From Chrysemys picta bellii (Eukaryota): a stretch of 64,000 bases of DNA. Below the pieces are notes generated by a model. That model saw nothing but the letters and a program-made list of their open reading frames with translations. It was not told where the DNA came from and did no database searches. The number at the start of each line of letters is the position of its first letter. Within the stretch, counting starts at the first letter, position 1. This document shows positions 25,571 through 53,248 of the stretch, in pieces. The stretch covers positions 3,534,001 through 3,598,000 of the forward strand of contig NC_088814.1 in the NCBI RefSeq assembly GCF_011386835.1, written 5' to 3'. The position numbers and the translations under genes were made by a program.

Positions 25571-25591
25571 TCATTGCAGACAGCAACCCAT
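25571..25591 (-). promoter_or_regulatory. ERBB2 upstream ORF MGCCLQ*
   Basis: Minus strand reads gaagcc ATG GGT TGC TGT CTG CAA TGA aaaag ATG ATC: strong Kozak context, 6 codons, 5-nt spacer. Confidence 0.85.
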
Positions 25592-26573
25592 GGCTTCTTG
25601 CAGAGAGAGGTCTTCCCAGAAAGTTTGGGTGGGTTTCCCTTCCTTTGCACTCCCAGATCCACAACTTTATTCGTGCACAGCACTTCCTCCTCTGGGAGGC
25701 GGGGACGTGCCGCGCGCCCCCGAGCTGGATTCCAACTCCCTTGGGAGTGGCTAGGCAGTCTCACTCCTTGTAGCATGCCAAGACCATTGTGTGCCTCCTG
25801 AGTCCTGGGAAAGCACTTCTCGCTGTCCTGTTGCTGCAGGGTCATTCGGATTTCACTTTTCCTCTTGGCCTCTTTTTGTTTGGTCTCCGCCTGGGCTGCT
25901 CTGGGACAGATCCGAGTAAATAGAGATGTCAAGAAAAAGGACGAGAGCAAAAAAATAAAAGGGTTGATTGAGGTGTACACATTGGAAAATCTCTCCTAGG
26001 AGAAGGCAGGCTTGCAAACTGCTCTAAGAACCACTCCATAGCAGGGAAACTCCCTCCAGATCAAGGGAATTGGGAGGTGGGCATTAGCCGCTACCCAGGG
26101 GTTCTGGGATTTAGGGACAAATCTCCAAAAGGGTGCAACTCTCCAGGCGCCTAAACAAGCAGGTGGGTTTTCAAGAGGGCTTTCAGCAGGAGTGGTTGGG
26201 TTCTGTGCAGTTTGAATAGCCGACCGCATCTTTCTGTGCCAAAGTAGAGGCTCACCTGCCTTGAAAAGCTGCCCTGATTGTGGGGGTAGAACCCTCCTGG
26301 AAATTCTGGCCTCCTGCTCGTCTTTATAAGGGTGCTGAGCTCAGAGCGCGCAGCCACAGTGATCTGTGCCTGAGTCTGTAGACAGCCTGAAACGATAGCG
26401 TGAACTGCCCTCAACCGTGTCCTTTAACTCTGAAAACTAATGATCATTAATGATAACTTCATGTGAACATTGTTAACCATTTTGCTGCTGATCTAGGTAT
26501 GTGAGAAAGGAGAGAGACAGTGAGACTATGCAGAGCTGGAAGTAAAGTGACTGGAGTTTGGGTTATGAGAGAA

Positions 26574-26822
26574 AGAACATAACAATGGCCATGCTGGGTC
26601 AGACCAATGGTCCATCTAACACAGTATCCTGTCTCTGACAGTGGCCAGTTTCAGATGCTTCAGAGGGAATGAACAGAACAGGGCAATTTTGAGTGAGCTA
26701 TCCCTGTTGTCCAGTCCCAGCTTCTATCAGTCAGAGGTTTAGGGGCACCTGGAGCATGGGGTTATGTCCCTGACCATCTTGGCTAATAGCCATTAATGGA
26801 CTTGTCCTCCATGAACTTAGCT
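26574..26822 (-). mobile_element. CR1 LINE 3'-end fragment
   Basis: Reverse complement ends ...gatggaccattggtctgacccagcatggccattgttatgttct, a recalled reptile CR1 3' terminus. Confidence 0.75.
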
Positions 26823-28748
26823 ATGAGCAGAATTTGGTTTGAGGGTGGAACTTGGGAGAGCATCACTGCAGGAGATGTTGTCAATTCAAATCTTCTCTGG
26901 GAGGGAATCCTTGCCTCATACAGAAGGCGGAAGATTCCCTCAAAATGCCACACCATCCATCAGGGAACCACAGCACAGTTTGGTTCGGACCCACTGCACA
27001 GAGGGTGCCCAACCCCATCTCTCAGTGGATCAGGAGAGGAGACCGTGATGCATCATGGGAAATGTAGGCCACATGGGAGATGTAGTCCAGCCATGAAGTC
27101 TAGCCCGCAGAGCAAAAGGGGAGCATGAGGCACGCAAATCACAACTCCCATGAGGCACCATGGTGGCATTTCCAAATAAAAAAGTGTTTTTGTTTTTTTA
27201 CCAAATAGATTAAATTTACCATGAAAAAGTTAAATGGAAAAAAAATGGTTTTCATTACAATTTTCCACAAACACCCTCTTTCTCAGATAATCCCTAGCTG
27301 AGGCCCCCAAATTCATTCACACAAGCCACGAAACAGCCATCGGATGGCGATAATTTCCATTCACTGTTCACCTGGAGCTAGATCTGAACCTATCCCAAGA
27401 GGAAGGGACTAACTAGTCACTATCATAAGTAAAGAGAAGTTGGTCTAGTGATCTGCGTCTGGGAAAGAGGATACCTAGGTTTAGTTCCTAGATCTGCCAC
27501 TAACCCAGCTGTGTAACCTCAGGCAGGTTACTTCTCTCACTTTCCCCTGCTCTAAAATAGCTTAATAACACTTAAATAAGGGAGGTTGCAAGACTTATTG
27601 CTCTGGAAGCTTGAGGCCCCTGGATTAAAGGCCCTGGAGAAGGAGAAAGTATCTTGTTAAGAAGAAACTAGTTTTCTTTGTCGTTTTCTGGATTCTAAAC
27701 AGAGGTCAATATCTTGAGTACAAGAGAGTATTTCTAGTCAATATCTTAAACCAACAGTGCAGGGTGGGGAGTCTGCTTGTTAATATCCTAAGTGGAGATG
27801 CCAGAGTGGGGCAGTTGGATTGTGTCCAGGAGTATATGTATCTCTGGATAGCATGTGCGATCTGAATCTGAGCAGGTATTGGCACTTCTGGCAGGATCCC
27901 ACTGCTAGGAAGTTAGTGCTTGATTCATGTTCCCAGCCTCAGAAGACTAATAGGCAGAACTTCCTATATTTGGCAGTCCTCCATTCATTTCCTTGCGTGG
28001 CTGGAAGTCCTCATCAGGGCTATAATGGGCTGCCACAGTTCTGTCTCAGAGGAGAGGGTGGTTTGGGGGAGGAGTTAGCCTGAGAGATTAGACCCTGGGG
28101 AAGAAAATCTTGGAAGCAGGAAGGGCTCTTAGAGAATGAACTCCATTCACGCTTCTGCTGAGCCTTCCACACAGCCAAAAAAAAAAAAAAATCCATCTGT
28201 TGTTGTTATTGTTTTTCTCCCTTTCCTGCAGCCGTTTGAAAATGGGAGGGAAAAAGAAGGCAGGAAAACGAGTTTATTGCTCGTGTTCCCTGTAATCTGC
28301 ACCTGATAATAGCCAGGCACCACTTTACAATCCGTGCAATTGTGTTGTAGTTGGGATGTGTGTGAAAGTGGGCAGGGACAGACAGAGACAGGTCCAAGGG
28401 TTGAGAGAGTGCAGGCAAGAGAGAAAAAAGAAGAGGGTCCCAGGGGGCCTTGTCACATTACAAGGATGGTTACAACATATTTGCATCTTGAAGTGTAGAT
28501 AGGGCCAAGCCGGCTGAAAGCTGTACCCTGATTCAGGGACAGAATTTGCAAACAGTGTGATCTCATCTACTCTGCAAGATAGAACTAAGTTAGGCGAGCA
28601 CTGCCCTGGAACTATTGGGCAGTGAGAGAGTGGCCTTGTTTTGAAGGGGTCTTGGGGGATAGGGTGGAGGAACTGGAGTTCCTTTTGGCCTGGATATTTC
28701 CAAATCAAACCCTCTGCCAATTTGGCATTAAAGCATTACCTTGTGTGA

Positions 28749-29063
28749 GCCTTGTTTACACTCAGATTTGCACGTGTTTAATTGAGGTCTTGTCTGTATG
28801 AGAAAGTTGCTGCTGTTTTAACCGAAGGTGTGATTTTAAACTGATTTAACTAAACTGGTGCAAAAGGCCACGTGGGTGCGCTGGCTTTGATTTAAACCAG
28901 GTTTTGGTTTGGCTGATGTTGATTAGGAATCAGTTTAAGATACATGAAAATAAACTACTCTTTAAACCAAAATGTGTCCACACCGGGTTTGCACTTGTCT
29001 AAGTAAATCAGTTTAAAAACCTATTTAAGTTAAATCAGTGTAATGTGTGTGTGTAGACAAGGC
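28749..29063. mobile_element. MITE with GCCTTGT(T/C)TACAC termini, between ERBB2 and PGAP3
   Basis: Left gccttgtttacac, right gtgtagacaaggc; TSD not clear. Confidence 0.65.
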
Positions 29064-29777
29064 TTTGGTTTGGGGCAATTTGTTTCCTCATCCTACCTTC
29101 ATTCCCTACTTTTGTCCCCTGCTCTAGCATTAGACAATAGCATTTTCACTCTCTGATGTGCTGGGCCTGTCCACCTTGGAGGGGGAAATGGGCAGGACCA
29201 GGACTCTGCACCTGTATTGAACACAGACCCGCCTGTGTGTTTGTGATCATGTTGCCATCTAGCAGTTGCAGCCAAGAGGCTACAAGCCCTGTTACTGTAA
29301 ACAGAATGTCTCCCAGGTTGCAGCTGCTGACTGTTATGGTATTAGGGCTTTAGGAAGACACCAGAGGGAATGGCTTAGAAATTGCAAACCAGAAGCAGTC
29401 CACTGAAATCTAGGGGCCTTGCTCTTGTGTGTGCTGAGATAGACGAGCTCTGACAGGACTGGGGTCTAGTGGTTAGAGCAGGGGAGTTTGGAGAGCAGGA
29501 TTATGGGAACCAATATCCAATCCCAGGATTCCTGACTTCCCTGCTCTAACCACTACACCATGTTCTCTTCAAAGCTCAACTACCTCAGTGGAAACCTGGG
29601 GTTTGGATATTCGTTCCCATACGCCTCTCAACCTGGAGAGACAGACACCAGTTCCCATTATCCTCTCTTCTCCGGGTGTGTCTGGGATGCTTTCCTATGA
29701 ACCTCAGTGTCTGTGTACCTGACCCTCTCTGCCCTGGGGGGTGGGGGAATAGACACTTTCCGTGGGCTGTCAGTCAC

Positions 29778-29920
29778 TATTTCCCATGATCCTCTCTGCC
29801 CTGGAGAGGGTAAGACATTATTTCCCATGATCCCCTCTGCCCTGTGGGGCTGTCAGGCACTATTTCCCATGATCCCCTCTGTCCGGGTGGGGAGTTGGAC
29901 AAATATTTCCCATGAGCCCC
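29778..29920. repeat. 41-43-bp tandem repeat with core TATTTCCCATGA, 4 copies (degenerate copies back to about 29615)
   Basis: Core at 29778, 29819, 29861 and 29904. Confidence 0.85.
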
Positions 29921-30022
29921 TTCGCCCTCAGCGAGGAACGCTTGTGCGCGGCCCGTGTTTCCGGGGGGAAGCGGCCCCTTCCGGTGCGGCCGGAAGCGGC
30001 AGTCCCATGGTCCGGCGGCGGG

Positions 30023-47532
<17,510 letters not shown>

Positions 47533-49285
47533 AGTTGTCGGGGGGGGTCTGCCGTGCGGAGAGGAGCTGTCCCCTCTCTGACATGCGAGACCTTCTGAGC
47601 GCCTTTCCCAGCAGCATGCCGGGTCTCAAGCCAGCTGCTCTCGAGAAGCGGTGATGTTGTGCTCTTTCATCGAGTCCCTGTCCGGAATCTGTGGCCGTGC
47701 CGAGACCTGCTCTCTGCCTTCTTTGACTCCTGGGTGCACCAGAATCCTGGGTAAACGTCACCCTCCGCCAGCTGAGTTTTGTTTCCTCTTTTCTTGCCTT
47801 CAAAAGTTTTTAATTCTAATCCCATGACTCGTTCTATTAGAACATCAACGATCCATCTCGCCCACACGCTCCCCCCCACACACTGTAATTAATGCTCTTC
47901 TGTGCTACCGGGCAACATGGTGTGTTTCCGTTTCCACTGTTATGAAATCTGTTTGATTCTCAGCTTGCTGAGGGATTTCAGACTAAGTGGGAAATGTTGG
48001 TGAACCAACTGGTGACTCGGTAGACTGGAAGATGTCGCGAGCATGTTGGGGGGACATCTGGTCATGAAGTTGTGTGGCCCACAGGACCTCAGACTCTGCA
48101 GTCAGCCGCTGCGGAAATGGGTTATTGTAAAATCTGTGTAAATAAGATGGGTGGCCCAGCAGCATACGCTGCTCTGTACATTAGATTCACTCATCCTCTG
48201 AGAATCGAGCCTGTGGTTCCGTGCCGTGAAACCTCCTTCAGTAGTTGTGGGGAGGTGGCTCTCCCAGGCTGTGGGGCACTTGGGGGGCACGTGGGAGCTC
48301 TTTGCTGTGCAGAGGTGATGTTTTTGAAATGGGATACTCGGCGCAGTGTGAAATGCCAGGCTGACTCGGGCAGTTCAACACTTATTTTTCCGCTCCTTGA
48401 CAAACCTGCTCTGATGAATCCTGTGCCCTCTAAAGAGGGAAATGCCCCTTTCTTGCAAGGAGAGGGGGCGCTAAGGTCCCCCAAAGATTCCCTAGTCCCT
48501 GCATACCACTTTAAGTCACCCACATGTTGTGGCCAGTCCACCATCCTTTCCGGCTGTCAAGTGCTGAGAAGGGACTCCCTGCAGCGCTGAGATGAGGGCC
48601 TCCTGGCTGGGGGTGGGGTGGGGAGGGTGACATCTGCCCCCCCGTTATTCCAGTTGCTGAGGGGAGCAGATGAAAAACAGAACAGGACTATTCTGTGCGT
48701 AATGACATTCCTGGCTCCCCCTTTGCCATTGCATTAGTCAGGGGCCTGCTGTATGTTACAGGATTAAGGCCTGACTGACTAAAGTGAAAGTCTGAGTGCT
48801 CTGGGCTCCGCTCGTGAAAGCAGAGAGACCAGGAATGCGCCGAAGGGATCAGCAAGTGCCTTCCTGATCGCCAAAGGAAGTCAATGAAGTAGATGATAGC
48901 TCATCGCAAAAGGTGTTAGGACTATTGCTGTATTGCTGTGCCACCACTAGGTGGCGAGCGTTGCCAATCCATTGACATTTCAAACTCTCCCTGTCTGAGG
49001 TTTGCAGCCGGCCAGCTAGGCTGGTCCATGTTTGCCTGAAAGCCATCTGGCATCCGTGTGCCCTGTGCCACCAGATGGGGCTTGGGACATTGGGTTGAGA
49101 GCCCATGAATCTGGGTGTCCTCCGTTGTATTGTGCTGTACGGTCTCCTAGAGAATTCATGCCTTGTGTCTGAATGGGCCCAGCCTGCGTGTGACCCTGTT
49201 AGGACCGTTCGTGGTTCTGTGAAAGGCTTGGTGTTATTAGCTCAGACTTCTAGTCTGCATGGGGCTGCAGGGGTTGATTTGCGGG

Positions 49286-49306
49286 AGTGTGTGTGTGTGT
49301 GTGTGT
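49286..49306. repeat. (GT)n microsatellite (others: (CA)n at about 13137-13153, (GT)n at about 52579-52592)
   Basis: Directly visible. Confidence 0.9.
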
Positions 49307-51539
49307 GGCTTGTTTGCAAAATTAGATTTACTTCCATTGTTAAGATAAAGTCCAGGTGTGTGGGTTTTGTTTTGTGGGGGAGTGTGATTGCACTCCAGTT
49401 GGGAACTGGATTTTGTTTTTGTGGGTGCAGCCCTGAGTAACCTCCATGGCTGGGCTGGGCTGCCCCCCAACTCACAGATGTGGCGCGAGAGAAGGGGGTA
49501 ATACACAAGCTGGTCCGAGCAAGGGACAGGAAGCCAAGAACTTGCCAGGGGCCTGAGGTGCAATGAGTCTGGGGAACTTGGTCCCTTCGGCACCGACCCC
49601 GCAAAGCGCTTGCTCCCCAGTAAGGACCTGAGTGGTTCCATTGACTTAGCTGGGACTGCCTGAGGCTCTGATCCGGAGCCCTTTGCAGTCAGTGGACAGG
49701 TCAGACGTCGTGCTTGGCGGACTGGGCCATACAGAAGTCTGCGAGGACGATGGCTTGGAGAACGTGAGCGAAGCTGGGAAGTCCTGGCAAGTGGCTCCCT
49801 AGAGGACTCGTATTTATGTTGACGGCAGTTAGCACAATAGCTTGTGTTCAGTGGAAATTAGAGACTATGGCAGCATGGTGGTAACCCTGGAGAACTGTGT
49901 GTGTGTATGTAATTGACTACATACCATGATGTTTGCCCCTGCCTAGGTGCAGATGTCTGTCCATCTGTATCTCTGTCGCTGCTTTGTCTCATTGTTCAAA
50001 ACCCAAACTCTTGAACTTAAGTTGCCTGTAACATCCTTGTCCCGGTGATGAGGAAATCTTCTACAGCCCGTATGTTTGTCCCAGAGTTTTGTATGTCTCT
50101 CTCTCTTCTCTTCTGCCTTCTCCCGTGTTTAACCTGCCCATCGCCTTCCCAGAGAAACCACCCAATGCCCTGGCTCTCCTCCAATTACAGAGCTTGTCAA
50201 CTCCACCACTGCCCAGCTACACTGAGCCGCTTAATGCAAAGAGTGACTTCTGCATGTTCCCCAGACGGCTGTGGAAAGATCAGTCCAGACAAGCCACCTT
50301 GAAAGCTTTAGGAAAAGTAAAGGCCAGCACAATCCTGGTCCTTATCGCTTATTAGCCCCTGCTCCGAATTCCAAACACTCTCTTTAACCATTCATCTTGC
50401 TTCGCAGAGATCCCAGACTAGCCATTCCCCTGGGTGCCGGAGCCCGTAACTTTGCAGAGCCATACCCAGTGTGAGCGAACGCAGGAGTTGTCTGGCTAGC
50501 GGAGAATGCCAAGTCCAGCCAGATACCGGGGCAGGGAAATCTCAAGGTAAACAAGTAGACTCCTCTTCCTGCCGGGTGAGAGCCGTTTGCGGAGTGGTGC
50601 AGGTCCTGCCGCACAGGAAGGGTCATCCCCACGCAGGTGGATCTGAGCAGCCCAGGCCAGGCTCTCCGTCAGCTCGGCGTTGACAGCGCTAGGCAGGCCC
50701 TGGAATTTCATGTTGGAAGTGGCATGATTAGAGACCATGCATAACTCTTGATGGGGCGCGGGGTACAATGTAAAGGTTTGGGGGGGGGGTGCGGCTGCCT
50801 TACGCATGTCCTCTGGGCTGAGGAACAGCAGCAGAGCCAGGAGGCCAGGGCAGCGGAAAGCGAGAGCCTCAGGGAGCATCTGATGGCAGCTGGTTTCCAC
50901 TGGCAGGGGCTGGCTCCTGGCGGGATCACCGGTCAGCGCTGGCCTCTCTCAGGGGGCTCAGCTCAGAGCTGTGCCGCCCGCCCTGCCTGGGGAGTGCCCA
51001 GCCAAGCAGAGGCCGCCCAGCTCCGGGAGCAGAGCAGCTGGGCAGCCAGCCAGCGCTCCGGCTCCCACAACACAGAGAGTCGGGGGCCCGAGCGGGCTGG
51101 GCAGCTTCCCACCAGCTTCCAGTCCTCTGGCTCCTGGCAAGAGGCGATGGGGCCCCACGGTTTGAAAACCTGAGTGCTAAATGGAGGGCAGAAATCGGGG
51201 GGGCTCACGTGCCCCCCCCTCTGGGCGTGATGTGCACTGATCACGAGCAGTGAGAGGGGATGAGTGGAGCTGATAGGATGGCAGCTGGCGCCGGGTGGCT
51301 GGAACTGGCTGCAGCTTTTCCCACATTCAGTGCATTGTAGAGGGTTCCTTCTCTGGCCAGGGGAGTGATGTGTCTGACTCGCTGGGACCTCTCTTGCAGC
51401 CAGTGGATTTACTGGTCTCTTCCCTGGAGGGATTCTGTATCTTCCCGGCACTGGCCCATGTGGTTCCACAAGGCCAGGCCCTCTCCTCTCCCTCGTCGTC
51501 AGTCGCAGTCCCACCCTCTGGCCGTGCAGAGGTCCAGAG

Positions 51540-51815
51540 CCGTGGCTCTCAACCAGGGCTCCACCAAACTAACCCAGAGAGCAGGGCCGGCATTAGACAC
51601 TCCGGGGCCCAGGGCTGAAGTTGAAGTCCAAGCAACTTAGTTTTGAGGGGCCCCCTGTGGCAACAGGCCCTGGGCCAGGCCCTGCTTGCTACCCCCTAAC
51701 GCTGGCCCTAGCTTTTAATCTACTGGATATGCAGAAAACCAGTTGTTGGGGCACAGGTGGGCCATGGAATTTTCAAAGCATGTTGGGGGGTGCTCAGAGA
51801 GGTTGAGAACCCCTG
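51540..51815. mobile_element. hAT (Charlie-like) MITE, 276 bp, with a second short TIR element nested at 51582-51710
   Basis: TIRs CCGTGGCTCTCAACC / CAGGGGTTCTCAACC; perfect 8-bp TSD GTCCAGAG at 51532-51539 and 51816-51823; inner TIRs CAGGGCCGGCATTAG / TAGGGCCAGCGTTAG. Confidence 0.85.
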
Positions 51816-53023
51816 GTCCAGAGAATGGCTCCTTCCCCTTGGTAGCCTCTCCTGCCTTCCTTACACCGGGACTGCAATAGGGCAGCTGGGCTCGCTTGCC
51901 AAGGACGGCACCCACTGGCGTATCTGCTGCCTCCTAGGTCGCTGGCGGCCTTCAGCCTGTTACTGGAAGGAGTCGCAATAGGCCTCAGTATCCTCTTCTG
52001 AAGGTGCTGCGACATGGCTGGGCTTCCCCAGGTGGGACTGGTGCCAGCATTCCCTCCTGGCACTCCAGCCCCTGCTCTGGCCCCTGGAGAGCCAGCGTCC
52101 CTTCTCCCCACTTGCTCCAGGGCTTGGCACCTGCTATGCAGGTCCAGGGCTCTGACCTCACCTTTCCATCCAGCAGCCATCCCAGGGCCTTGCCTTATTC
52201 CCGCCTGGTCTCCTGTAGTCACTGTGGCCTGAGTCTCAGGGGAAGCATCTCTGGGGAAAAAATGCCCTGCCTCTGGCTTTAAACCGTAGTTTTCCTTGTT
52301 TGCTGCGATTGTGCGTGTGCTGGAGCAGATCATTTTCAGGCCAGTTTAAAAACTCCTGTTGCACTGGGAGAGCTTGATCCATGAGCCCCTCCCTCCCCCT
52401 GGCTTTCCACCGGCATGCTGTACCCTAGCAAGGAGGAGGCATTTGGTGTGATGCTGTAGTTAGCAGGGTTGTAATGGAGGCTTCTCGTGGAAATTCTTGC
52501 CAAGAACAGACTGATGGCTGTGCGTGCCGGGGTGTACAACAGGTGATCGTACAGTGAAAGCAGGTGAAGTTTCTCTTGGGTGTGTGTGTGTGTTGGTGTG
52601 AAACGCAGCTCCTGGCCTCTGAGAGCTCTGTGCCAACTTCTTACTGAAATGTCCCAGTGTGTAATTTTAGAAGTAGAAAACAAACAGCACATCCTCCCTA
52701 GATAGCTCCCACCCAACGCAGCACATCGCGTGCTCGCCCGCTGTCCAGTCTCCCTCGGAGCTATCGCCAGAGCCTGGCATCTGTTTTTCACATGGAAAAT
52801 GACCGGACATTCTCCTGGCATCGCCCCTGCCAGCCACTTCAGCTGGGCTTGGTAACAGAATTTCCTGAAGGTGACCTGAAAGTGCTGTTGGTGGGAGCAG
52901 CTGCTTTGCTGCGGGGGAAGGGGAGAGCATAGATTTGTGGGTTTCTTTTTCCTCCGTTTCCGAGGCTATTTCCTTTTCTGGTTATACAGGTGATGGGTTG
53001 GGATAATCTGTATATATCATGGT

Positions 53024-53248
53024 AATAAAGGAATGGGGGCAGATTTTCTATCACTGTACAGCCCACACACGTGTCGTATGGGGATGTGAATGTGACTAAC
53101 GTGTATTCTATTGCTGTTTCACTTCTTAAATCAGCTCTTTGGAGCGTGATCAATTAATTTTATTAGACTTGGGTCAAGTCGACGATTATTGCAAACGGTG
53201 CAAATGAACCTTTGTCTGTATTGTTGTCCTGGTTTCTCTGAAAATAAA
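53024..53248 (+). terminator. Candidate PGAP3 polyadenylation signals (AATAAA at 53024 and 53243)
   Basis: First canonical plus-strand hexamers I found after the PGAP3 stop; AU-rich block; U-run downstream of the second. Confidence 0.45.

Noticed and set aside
25264-25980. 238-aa ORF overlapping ERBB2 exon 1 as a separate gene
   Set aside because: Out of frame with ERBB2, runs through the donor into the intron and has no domain; relevant only as a possible uORF.
26787-26800. CArG box CCATTAATGG upstream of ERBB2
   Set aside because: Lies inside a CR1 fragment; no independent support for function.
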